From assembly GCA_964016885.1 (NCBI GenBank), contig OZ024742.1:106950001-107014000 (forward strand): a stretch of DNA of 64,000 bases. Direction: 5' to 3'. Positions 39,826 to 52,418 of the stretch are shown here, one piece after another. The notes beneath the pieces are model-generated. The model did not search any database and had not been told where the DNA came from. It saw nothing but the letters and a program-made list of their open reading frames with translations. The first letter of the stretch is position 1. Each line of letters starts with the position of its first letter. Both the position numbers and the translations under genes were made by a program. This stretch comes from Eledone cirrhosa (Eukaryota).

Positions 39826-42405
39826 CTGCATAATAAAACAAGGAGTTTAATCATTTGTGATTGCAACAAGTGATGAAATAAATTAATTAACCTTTCTAAT
39901 GACCCCCAACCCACCCAAAATCCCCTTGATTTTATGTTACAAAACTGTTCCTTTTAAAAGGTTTATACTTATATTAAAACCTTTCAACATAGTATAGAGA
40001 TAATACTGCAAATCTTCACAATCTGTCTATTAGTAAAAAATATTACAAACATTTGAATTAGCAAACCAGTTTTTAGATATTTTCTACAAAATCATTAGAT
40101 GTTCAGAGTTAAAGGATGATCAGGTGGCTATGTAGTCAGCTAACAGCATATCAATCAGATATTTGACACCAACCACACATTGTTGATCCATGTGGCTGGT
40201 GAAGACAAATTATAGATAAATCACTGAAAAACAGTCACTATGTAATAACATTGTTCATGAGATTAGTCAAGGAAAATATCATACACACACATGCAAAAAC
40301 ACATTCACATAAACACACACATGTACACACACATACACAAAGACACACTTGAAAGCAATTATTGAGTTCAACTTTTCAATTCAGAGAGCTGTGTGGTTAA
40401 ATTCCAGCAAGTATTATCAAATGTAAGTATCATTATCATCCTTAGGATTTAGCATTCATTTTCCTTGCAAGCAAGGATTGTGTAGGTCTTTACAGACCAA
40501 GTCAGTACTTAACCAGAGCAACTAACCTCTCAGATAGACTGAAAGCTGCATCTCACATTTGTTCCTACATTTCATCCAAATTATCCTATATCCTTAATTC
40601 TTTAATCATTTTAATATCAAACAACCAGAAACTGCCTCTGGTTCTATGATGCAAAGGCACTATAAGATGTTTTCTTAGGAAATATACATAATTAATAATT
40701 AAATATGAACTACTAATGAAAAGAATGTTAGCACAATACAACCACACCAATAAATTTATAGATTTCAGAGGTCAAAACTGAACGATTATAGACTATTCAA
40801 ATTCTGCTCCAAGACCAAGATATTAAAAATAGACAAATAAAATATAGAAAATTAAATTAAGTTTTTTAAAAAAAACAAAAAAAAAAGTTGCAATTCAAGA
40901 ACTATTTTAACTTTGGTTTGCAGTAAAGTTGAGAGGATGAAGAGAAGAAAATATTCAAATAATTTGCCAAAGAATAGCTAAGAATTCCCTTAGGAAGCAT
41001 TGGTAACAGGTCAGTAAATAAACAGGAATTTAGGCAACCTATCACTTCCTCTAGCCATTAGAATACACATATATTTCATATTGAGGTAGTTGAAGAATAG
41101 TGTCACTGTTTAAAGATTTCCAATGGACCAATAGTTGGTTTGTTGCATTTTTGAAGGTAAGAATGACAAGGAGGCATCTTTAACTCAAAGCAGAGTAAAT
41201 ATCACAAAGGACTTTGTTTGAATCGCACTAGTTTTCCAGGTTTTCATGCCAAAGTTTACATCTTTCACTCATATTCTTTAGCGCACACACATACAATTAG
41301 CAAATACAATCATGTGTATCCAGTTTAGAATAGGTGCACGGTATCCATGAATATAGTAAGAAGTGGCTAAAAGGGACGATGTCAGGAAAAGCATCTAGTT
41401 GTAAAATGTTTTCTCAAATGGTCCCATCCAATAAGCCTGCATGGATAAGTCAACATAAAAAAATTGATGATGATGATACATATGAGAAATTTGTTGATTT
41501 TTAATCTTATTTTAATTTTCAAAGTTTGCATTTGTTTGATTATTTTGTATAAGCACCATAGAATTATAAATATTTTACCTGTGTAACATTACTTGATGTT
41601 TACCTACAGTGTCAAAAATACACTCCCAAAATTACCCATCATATGACAGATCACATATGTATTACTACAGTATTAGTAATAAATATAAAGAGTTTACACT
41701 AATACTTTGTGAGCAGTCACAGCTGTAGAAGAAACAAAGTTAAACCAGATGTTAAAATTTAGAAGAAACAGACCGAAAAGGAAAAAATATATCCCTACAG
41801 TAAGAAAAGAAGGAACTAACAAGGTTAGGGCAATTTGAAAATTAGTATGAGAGCACTTATCAGAGAACAAGAATTTTAACTTGAGAAGTCACAACACCAA
41901 CAAATATCACCAGTGTGTGTAAGAGGAAGAGAAAGCGAGAGAACATGTGCATATCATTGGTTCTTTTATTAGGTATCTTAACCCTATTATAAGCTTTTTG
42001 ATACTAACCCACCCAAAACTGCCTCTGGTTTTATGAAGTAAAACCACTAATTTTAAAGAGTTTTAAATTAAAACCTTCAATATGATTTTATATAAAACGT
42101 TTTGTTACAAATACTGCTTTCATAACAAAATAAATACTAATTTTAGTAAATTTCTAAAAACTGTTTTTTTTTCATTTGCTTAATCAAAATACTGTATATT
42201 TCATTAGATATATGGTTACAAAAGGGTTAATTACCATATTTCAAATGAAAGACTCTTTAATTTTGAAAATAATCAAGAATTAGGAGGGATTTAGTAATAT
42301 AACTTTCTCATTATTATACTGATGTTTGAAACAAATTAAAGATTCTTACATAAAATTGTGATGGAATATGTGTGTGGAAGATGGACGTTAAACAATGATG
42401 ATATA

Positions 42406-42463
<58 letters not shown>

Positions 42464-42469
42464 TACATA

Positions 42470-42930
42470 CAAACTATGAGCTGGAGGTGGTCCACAAATT
42501 CATCTCTCTTGGCTCCACCATCACTGACAACCTCAGCCTGGACCCCGAGATCAGCAGGAGGGTTGGACCATCAACCACTACATTTGCCAGGCTGACAAAG
42601 AGAGTCTGGGAGAACAGAAAACTAACTGCAAACACCAAGATTGTTGTCTACAATACGTGTATCTTCAACACAATACTTTACAGCAGAGAGACACGGCGCC
42701 TCTACTCCAGACAGGAGCGGCATCTCAATGTCTTCTACCTTCCTTGCCTGAGACACATTTTGTATATCAAATGGACTGACCGAGTCACCAATACTGAAGT
42801 CCTCAACAGTGCCAAGATACCCAGTATTTACACTCTAATCAAACAGCGTCACCTGTACTGACTCGGCCACGTACATCATATCCAGACGGGAGGATCCCAA
42901 AAGACCTACTATATGGAGAACTGGCCACCG
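42470..42930 (+). mobile_element. RTE (BovB-like) LINE fragment, thumb and C-terminal region
   Basis: YELEVVHKFISLGSTITDNLSLDPEISRR...TFARLTKRVWENRKLT...CLRHILYIKWTDRVTNTEVL. Confidence 0.85.
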
Positions 42931-43269
42931 TACTTTATTCTTGAATGCAATAGTGTGTGCCTGTGTGTGTAAATTAAGAGTTATATTTGTCTGGCAAATA
43001 AGTGATTTAATCTGAGAGCATGTGTTGAAACAAGAGCCAGTACAATGTGAAAGTGTCACTTTAGTCATTCAAAAACACACACAAATTGTTAACCTCATTT
43101 TAAATTTACTGTTTATTTCATGGTGTAAAAATTTTCATCACACTGGCTGCGACATGGCCACTAACATAGAAATATCCAACTATTATAAAGTGAGTGAACT
43201 GTTTTTGTGTGTTTTTTAATGCCTAAAATGAATTAATATATATAATACATATATATGTGTCTGTGTGTA

Positions 43270-43410
43270 TGAAGGCAGGTGACTTAGTAGTTAGAGAATT
43301 GGATTCACAATCGGGATTTCATTTCCCAGACTGAGCGATGTATTGTGTCTTTGAACAAGACACTTTATTTCACGTTACCCTAGTTGACTCAGCTGTAGAA
43401 ATGAGTTGTG
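43270..43410 (+). mobile_element. tRNA-headed SINE, third type
   Basis: gaaggc..gtgacttagtagttag...attcccagac...attgtgtctttgaacaagacactttatttcacgtt. A second copy lies at 32182-32295. Confidence 0.6.
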
Positions 43411-43879
43411 ACAATAGAATGTTAGTTGTGCTACTCATTGGATGCAACCTTGGGGCAAATATGACAGTTTTCTGAATGTGTGCGTGATAAAGAGAGAGTG
43501 GGGAGGAGAACTGCAAGGGACCAAAAGTATCAGTGATAAACTATTGATTACTGAAAAGATGAAGAAATATACTAACTAGCTCAGTAACATAAGTATCTAT
43601 GCTGGCCCTCTACCATCTTTACAATATTCAATATTAATAATAATAGCACTACTATACTACTAAGTTGTATTAGCAATGAGAAGGGCAGATTAGTATCAAG
43701 ACTGGCCTAACACAATATCTATAATGATAATCTTTACATTGAAAAACAAGTCAGTCATTACAGCTAGAATCCAAACTTATAGCAATTCAGAGAAGATGTT
43801 AACAATTCTCACATTGAAGTAAAATTTAGATTAGATAATTTCCCATATAAAGACTATATGGCAAATTATCTAAGCTGAA

Positions 43880-44500
43880 TATGATCAAACTCAGCCGAAG
43901 TTAGTAGTGAAGTCCTACTAGACACTGTGTTGAGCCCATTTCTTTTCATCATTTACATAAATGACATTATAGACATCATCAAGCACAACAAGATAAGAAT
44001 TTTTGCAAGCTCGAGAAGGTCATCAACAGAGTAGGAGACCACCAGGCATGTCTTCAATCAGATCTGCTCGCCGTTATCCAGTGGTCAACAAAAACCAATA
44101 TGCTACTAAATGAGGATAAATTTGAATTAATCCACTTTGGAAAAGAAGATGCATTGAAGTTACCATATTCTCTTCCTACAGGTGAAACCCTTGTGGCATC
44201 AAACAACACCAGAGACCTTGGACTAATTGCTCACAAAAACTTAAACTGGAGCACTCACATACACACCAAAGTTAACTTGGCCCACAGAATGTGTTCCTGG
44301 ATTCTCAAAACCTTCCGGTCTAGAGAAATTCACACCATCCTCATACCCTACTCTAATTTTGTCTAGCCCCACCTTGGTAGTAATGGTCACTGTAATCTCC
44401 TCACATGAAACAACAAAGTATTATAAAAATTGAAGCACTCCAGAGGTCAATTACAAAAAAATAGACAGTATGATAGGCCTTGACTATTTTCTAAATTCAT
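43880..44500 (+). mobile_element. Degenerate CR1/L2-group LINE RT fragment
   Basis: TVLSPFLFIIYINDI at ~43923-43970; MLLNEDKFELIHFG...RDLGLI...LNWSTHI in ORF 44100..44366. Confidence 0.8.
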
Positions 44501-44522
44501 ACAAATGTGCTAAAAAAACTGA

Positions 44523-44809
<287 letters not shown>

Positions 44810-45280
44810 GTTTCTATAGTTGGATGCCCTTCCTAACAATAATTACATTTATAGTGTGGACTGGGTGTCTTTTTTCATCGCACTAAAACGATCACTGAAC
44901 AGTGTCATATGGGCATTTTGTCATGTCACTAACATAACTACTTTATAGTGATGACTGGGTGCTTTTGTCGCATCACCAAAGCAACCAGTTTACAGTGTGG
45001 ATTGGACGCTTTTTGTCATGTCTCTCTAACACGACCACTTCATAGGTTGGGCTGGGTGCTTTTGACATGTTGCCATCACACACACTGCTGTTGTACAACT
45101 AACATGACCACATTACAGGGTGGACGGAGAGCTTTCAGACACCCCAGCAGCATTGAGGGAGAGCATGTTCAGCTTTCCATATAGCATATAAATATATGTA
45201 TACATTATATATATATAGAGAGATATGTCCCAAGGCTCTGATACCATCAACACAGAGCTGGCATATCTAAGAACTGACTA

Positions 45281-45336
45281 ACTGCCTGATGAGGTCATAG
45301 CCATTCAATGGCTATCATCGAAATATATATACCAGT
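45281..45336 (+). ncRNA. Minimal type I hammerhead ribozyme motif (Penelope-like)
   Basis: actgc-CTGATGA-[ggtc atagccat tca atggctat catc]-GAAA-tatata-TA-ccagt. The core is intact, stem II has 11 pairs, stem III is palindromic, and AATAAA follows at 45338. Confidence 0.75.
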
Positions 45337-45377
45337 AAATAAAGGATTATGAGTTCATGCAATTGACTTATGTTTCG

Positions 45378-45434
<57 letters not shown>

Positions 45435-46419
45435 AATATAAACAAATCTAAATGAGTTGATAATACAAAAAAAATTTCTAAAGTTCAATGTGATTTTATA
45501 GACGTTTTACATATACTTGTCAAATGCAATAGATAACCCACAGAGTTCAGGCTTAAAATAGTTGTCATTAATTCAACAACATGTTTGAGTTGTTGCTTCA
45601 AAATTGAGAGATAAATAGATTTGAATTCAATACCTTTGATCTTACTGTTCTGCTGCAATTGACATTTCCAGGGCAATCCCAAGAATTATTTTCTAATCTT
45701 CACATCAAAAGAATCAGGCCAATGTAAACATAAGTTGATTACACTGGTGAAGTTATTGTCAATATCAGTGAGGCATGTGTTGGATGGGAAAATTGTTTAA
45801 TCCTTCTATAACCATATTTCTAATGAAATACACTGCCTATGATTTTCAAATAATTTTGAAAATAATGAAAAATTTGAATTGATATAGTAATATAACTCTT
45901 TCATAATTAAGCTGGTATTTGGAATATACCTTTTGAAAGTTCTTAAATAACAATGATGGAGGATATTTTTCCATCTGACTGCAACAACAAAAAAGCTGAC
46001 ATCTCTTTATGGTTCCAAGAAGTTCAAATCAGTTGAAACCAAAATCTTAACTTGTGAGTGACCAAGCTTTAAGTAGAGAGAACTAACCTAATGTCATCCA
46101 CATACCAACATCTCAAATCCTCTGGATCCAGCAGTAAGAGAGGCTCAGAAAGTTTAAAGGTGTGATAGGATGCAGGAAGAGTACTTGGCAGAGATTGACA
46201 AGAAAATGTCTGTGGGGCACCAGAAGAGATTGAATAGAGGATTTAGAGTTCTTTGCAGAGTTTGACAAGAAACCATCTGTAGGGTTCCACTCCAATTTTT
46301 CCCATAGCTGGAGGTCTTTCAAAGGCAATCATGTATCACAGTCAATCAGAGCTAATAGGTAGCAACAGAGAAACCAAAGTAAAAAACAACTTCATCAATA
46401 CCATTAAAGCACAACTTAC

Positions 46420-46587
46420 CTTTTACAATACTGAGTTGGTTTTCTCCACCAGACTGGAAATCATATAAAGCCACAAACAAGTTTGGATCATCTTCAGTCT
46501 GACTGGACAGTAAGTTTTCTTTGGACATCCATTTAGTACCCAGAGCTTCAGTGGGTGCATCTGGTAGTGGACGATTTAATATTGCTT
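46420..46587 (-). CDS. Abl: Abl tyrosine kinase internal exon (N-cap and start of SH3; equivalent of ABL1 exon 2)
   Basis: Manual translation of the minus strand gives (E)[55 protein letters not shown](G), containing the Abl motifs WxSKENLL and [12 protein letters not shown]. Acceptor tattttcag|AA, donor AAAG|gtaagt, 168 nt, phase 1/phase 1. It splices in frame to 39825. Confidence 0.96.
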
Positions 46588-48389
46588 CTGAAAATAGACA
46601 GAAATGATAAAGACCATTAGAAATTTAGAAGACTCTGGTTTTATCCAAGATATTTCACAATACAGATCATCATTATTTTTATGTCCAATTTTCCATGCTG
46701 GAATGGATTAAACAGGATGTTTATGACAGCTGGATGCCCTTACTGACACCAACCCTTTTAGTCACCTCTTATAACATGCAGAAATACAGTGTACCTATTC
46801 TAAAAACTTGGATACACACAGTAAATGTACATGTAATGTATTTCTAAGTGGAATAATATTATCTTTAGGGTTGAAAATTTTAAAAAAAAAAGCAAGAATA
46901 ATATCAAAGATACAGGAAACAAAAGAGCCTCTTCTCAAATCCTGAACATGCTAGAAATAGCAGCCAAATCTCTTTCAAATCATATCTTCCAGTTTTGAAA
47001 GGTTAAATAAAAAATATTAGATAATGTAATTCTGATAAATACTGAAAAGAAAAGGAAGAGTTGATGATGGCTTGAATGACTTTGACCATGTCTCAATACA
47101 AAAGTTTCATTCAAATAAATTCACACAAAATCCATTAAAACAGTGAATTGCAATCCATAACCTGAGTGTAACATGTTGGCTACAACACTATTTAAAAATA
47201 ATTATTCAAGTGGTTGGGGATATTACAGTCAATTGAGCCAAGTCAAGTGTAGAACAAAGTTGTAACAAATTAACTGACTGCCGAGATATTTCAACTTAAA
47301 AAATGTTATTAGAATTTATAAGCATCACTTTGAGACAGAGAAGAGCAGCAGGACCACTGGCAAAAATCCAAACCTCTTATCTACCACCTGTTGAGCAATG
47401 ACTGAACCAACAACATTATACAGAACCTGCAACTCTCCTCTCTTTTATTCTTTTTTTACCTGAAAGGAAGTTGTAACATTGATATTTTTTTCAAAACCAT
47501 TAACAGTCTTTGTAAAACAGTTCTAGCCCAGAGTGAAAAATCAGGCCATTGTCTTGATATACAAAGATGTTAACACCACCCTATCTGCCCTCACCACCTA
47601 TGGAAATGATAATTATAAGTACTAAAGAAACTCTAGATATACTTCACTATGATGGTGGTGTTAGTGGTCTGATGATGCTAACACAAGTGGGAGCTTGACC
47701 ACTTGACCTATCAAGGAGCAACACAGATCAGCAATGAGAAGTGGAGTCAAGCCATTCCTTATAGCCTTCTGGTTAGAACACTTTACTCCCAGATATAAAT
47801 AGGAACCATAATGAAAGCAGGTTCTAAACAATAGAACAATTAAGACATTACCGACTGTTAAATTAGCAAACATAAATATACAATAATGAAACTTTTAAAA
47901 AAAATTTAAATAATGATTCCAAAATTAAGCCATCAATTGAGGGGAAGGAGAGAGTCAATTAAATCGACCACAGTACTTTACTTGTACTATACTTTATTAA
48001 CCTTCGGAGGATGTAAGCCAAAGTTGACCACAACTGGATTTGAACACAGAATGTAAATGGTTGCGTTAAATTATTACAAAACATTTCATCAAAAGGCACT
48101 AACAATTTGGCCAAAATAATAAACAGGAAGAGACAAAAAAGATGGGTGAAAATAAAATTAAAATAATAATATTAAAAAATGAGCAAGTGAGGAAGTGGGG
48201 TAGCAAACTCTACACATTTAGCTGGAAGGTATATCACAGTTGCTGGAAGGTATATCACAAGATGGCAAAAACATTGCTGCAGAGGAGAGCCTTTGATACC
48301 TTCTATATCAACTATTCCAACTCACATGGCAAGATGCACTCCTCCTAATTTTGCAGAGAAAAATTCCCTTAAATTGTCACAGGAATCAG

Positions 48390-48560
48390 CAAACTGCAAG
48401 GAATAAACTTTGCTTTTGAGTTCTCAGTGGAAGGGAGCTGCAGTAGAGGAAGGCCAAGGAAGACATAGGCAGAAGTGACGAGAGTGGACTTGAAAATGCT
48501 GAATCTGGCAGAAGAAATGATGAAGGTGGAGGGTGGTATGGTGTGTTGCAGACAGAGGGA
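48390..48560 (+). mobile_element. Short RTE LINE C-terminal fragment
   Basis: VEGSCSRGRPRKT*AEVTRVDLKMLNLAEEM, a typical RTE ORF end. Confidence 0.6.
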
Positions 48561-49654
48561 ACATTTCACCAATTCAATATATTGTTGTTTATCCCCAAGT
48601 CAACATTGATCTAGTAGATCAATGGTATTCCAGCCATGACTATATTGTCGTTTTCTCAAGCATTGTGTATCCAGGATTACATTATCCAATGTGTCCTCCC
48701 TTTTCATAACATTACAATGTAATTCAAGGAGGATTTGGCAACTATTTCTAGAAAGTCCATGTGAGTGGGGGAGAATATGGCATGGCAATAAGTCATTTTA
48801 ATATTTTAAATTTGAGCCAATAACTTGCTAGAAATAGTTGCCAAATCTTCCTTGAAGAGAGAGACAGAAAGAGAGGGGTAGGAAATAATTTGTTACTCTC
48901 CTCAATAGAGCTTCTTTCACACTATCAAGTGGACCGCCATTAAGCTAACCTTTGGTAGCCTCATAGATAAGTTCCATTGTGAATGAACTTTCAGTGGGTC
49001 AGTTGCCAATGTCAGTGATTTTGACACATCAAACGGCCATCTGCCTTATTCTCATGTCCGGAGACAAACGAATGGAATATTGATAAACAGCCTGATCCTA
49101 TAGTCAACCACAGAAGATGCAGAGTTCATACCAATCACATAAGATGTAGAGGTCAACTGTCTAACACACTCATCCCTTTGGGTCTCTCTCAGCCAGGCCA
49201 GCGAAATCCATCCCATTAACAGAAGTTTGGTAAATACATTTTTAATACCTTTACAGGCAAACACGCATACACATCATACCTGATACATAACATCACACAA
49301 TTCAACTGTGATTATTTGTTCTTTATGTATTGCCGTATAACTGTGACAAAAGTTATATTTAATAAATTAATAACATAGTGGATTTGTGTTATGGTAGTTT
49401 AAATATTTCATTACCTATGTGGTCAGGGTAAGTCACTTACCCACAGAATCATCACATCATCATCAGAATTAACACTTACTCACTCACTTGCACACATCCA
49501 ATATCTGGTCACACTGTATCAGGCACATTAATCTCCTTCGCCTACAACATACAACAGTGACCACACCACTGAGCAAGCCACAAATGTGTACACACACACA
49601 CACACACACAACTGAATCAACACCACACAAGCACCATCCATCCTCACTATATAT

Positions 49655-49698
<44 letters not shown>

Positions 49699-49699
<1 letters not shown>

Positions 49700-50073
49700 T
49701 CTCGGGTCTCAAATAATCGTCTCCCTCTTCCCCACTGCTTATTAATTTTTCAGAATTTTTCAACTCCCCACTTATTAAATTTTGCTGATCTATTTCCGGC
49801 AAAATTTTATTTTAAGGGGTAGCATTCCTGCGACAATTAATTTTCTTTATACATTAGAAAGATTTATACATGACAAAAAACTAAAAAAACATTACTAGAA
49901 ATCTTATACATTATAAAATAAATAGAATGGGTCGGAGTCTCAATATGTAAACTAAATGACTAATTCTATTGTTTTTTTTTAAATCAAAGAAGACAACCTA
50001 GAAAAATTACCGATTTTCCACCCAACTCCCCTACCTATTCCGATCCCCCTCCCCATTATTTAGGTCCAGAGAG
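49699..50073. mobile_element. Tc1/mariner-pogo-like MITE next to (TA)n
   Basis: TA|CTCTCGGGTCTCAAATAAT...ATTATTTAGGTCCAGAGAG|TG imperfect 19-bp TIRs. Confidence 0.65.
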
Positions 50074-50362
50074 TGTATGTGTGTGTGTAAACACTCAGGC
50101 ATATATATAAATACACACACATAATCACACACTTATCTCAATTTATCTGTTTCAATCTTTCTCAGATTTCCTCCTCTAACCTATCCCTCCCTGACTTTCT
50201 CAACATTTTTACCTCTCAAGTGACTAACAACAATTATGAAACAATAAAATCACCATAGCAACAAAACCATACTTATTTTAAAAAACAAAATAGGAAAAAC
50301 AAAACAAAAGACAGAAAAAAACCACTCAGGGGAGTAAATTAAAACCTTTTGCAACTGTCTAT

Positions 50363-50417
<55 letters not shown>

Positions 50418-50496
50418 GGAAAATTTGAACAGGAACAAAACAAAGAGGCAGTACAACGAATGTTTATTAATTTCACGCTCTTGAGAGTGGGGTGGT

Positions 50497-50557
<61 letters not shown>

Positions 50558-50810
50558 CACACACACCGTCACACAGACACAAACACACGCACGCGTGTTC
50601 ATCAGACCTAGTTACAGATACTTCCTGATTGCCCTCTGTCCCAAATTCCCCACATTCTATATGAATCCCATATATAGATCTCAAACATTATATATACTTG
50701 TGTGTGTATGCATGTGTGCGTTAAGTGTGTAAGTACGGATGCAGACAGTTTGCCATTTGAAGCACTGTCGTTACAAGGTCCATCCCGTGTTGGGTTGTAT
50801 TCCATAGTTA

Positions 50811-51061
50811 ACACACACACACACACACATATATACATACATATACATATATATATATACATACATACATATATATACATATATATATACATACATATAT
50901 ATATACATACATATATATATATACATACATACATACATATATATATACATACATATATATATATACATACATACATACATACATACATATACATACATAT
51001 ATACATACATACATATACATACATATATACATACATACATACATACATATACATACATATA

Positions 51062-51093
<32 letters not shown>

Positions 51094-51174
51094 CATATAT
51101 ATATATATATATACATACATATATATATATATACATACATACATACATATATACATACATACATACATACATAT

Positions 51175-51248
<74 letters not shown>

Positions 51249-51288
51249 ATACATACATACATACATATATACATACATACATATATAT
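50811..51288. repeat. Compound (AC)/(ATAC)/(AT) microsatellite, ~480 bp
   Basis: Directly visible; it produces the spurious Y/I/H/M/C/V ORFs. Confidence 0.97.
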
Positions 51289-51432
51289 GATGATGATGGC
51301 TGCCTCCTCGTTATCGAGTATGGCCATTGCACGAGAAGAAAAAAAAAAATAAATAAATAAAATAAAATAAATAAAAGAAAAGAAAAGAAAATAATAATAG
51401 TAATAATAATAATAATAGCAATAATAATAATG

Positions 51433-52299
51433 TTTTCTTTATTAACCACAAGGGTTTACATAAAGTAGACATTAAGGACAGTACAGGACAATACAGGACG
51501 GTACAAATGGGCATTTCTGCGTGTAAAAAAAACAGAGGATGAAATAAAATAACAAAGAAAAATTCCCCAATAAGGGGGAGACTTCCGAGGGACATTTGAG
51601 GAGAAAGCCCATTAAAAGACCACAGTGGCCCTGACCACCAGGGCAAGTGCCCTCTCCCAGTTTTCCACCTTTAATTTACAGACACATACTCAGAGAAGGC
51701 CCATTCATTGGGGCCATACTTGCTTCTCTCACCCATCTTTCAACAAAATGCTGGGAAGAGAGCACTTCCCTCTCTACCCTGATTTTCCTTTTCAGATGAA
51801 ATTTGAAAAAGTTAATCAGGGCGTCACCGAAGACGTAAGTGCTCGTCTTCAGCCCTTTCAAACGTGTCCACCATACTATCTCTTTCGCCATGGCCACCAG
51901 ACAGATAAAAAATGCCTGCCCTTCCCGGCTAAAGGAAGAGGGCGGGGAAATCCTCACGATGGACTCAGCTGATAGCTGGATCCGTCCTACACGTGACAGC
52001 AGGTGTTCGACATAAACCCACAAGTCAGCAATACTCGGACACTGGACGAGTGCATGCAGGACGGTTTCGTCGCCCTGTGCGCATCTCGGACATGCCCGGC
52101 TGACGGCACCTCCATGCCTGTAAAGTTTATCCCAAACTGGCAAAGCACCCCGGTAGCACTGCCAGGCCAGGGATTTCTGGAAGTTGTCCATAGGCCCCGG
52201 TCCGAAAGTCCTTCCGAAGAGATTGGCTAGCTGATTTTCGTTGACGCCTAGAGTTTCTCCAAGTACGTCGTCGCTCTTCCCCTCCACTAATCCCCTAAT
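51433..52299 (-). mobile_element. 5'-truncated Tx1/L1-clade LINE (ORF2 C-terminus with CCHC zf-RVT knuckle, 3' UTR, AATAAA) with 18-bp TSD
   Basis: ORF 51676..~52299 contains W...RGALP...CPRCAQGDETVLHALVQC (C-x2-C-x8-H-x4-C). AATAAA lies at 51443-51438. The identical flank atagcaataataataatg occurs at 51415-51432 and 52300-52317. Confidence 0.88.
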
Positions 52300-52418
52300 A
52301 TAGCAATAATAATAATGACAACAACAATAATAATATACATATGCATATATATATATACACACACACGCACGCACATAAGCATATCTACACACACACACAC
52401 ACACACACACGATAGCAA

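Noticed and set aside
46090-49240. Scattered coding-like patches (46113-46328, 47661-47800 ending SSDH, 48900-49240)
   Set aside because: They may be pieces of an ancient CR1/Jockey-type LINE, but they are too degenerate to call.
50250-51449. Several ORFs of 130-240 aa on both strands
   Set aside because: They are translations of (AT)/(ATAC)/(AC) microsatellites. The same applies to 44470-44886, 678-1010, 3611-4051, 8253-9141 and 28079-28447.
52300-52410. Apparent N-terminus of the 244-aa ORF, suggesting a second ORF of the RTE
   Set aside because: It is microsatellite read-through. The coding part belongs to a separate Tx1/L1 insertion bounded by a TSD.
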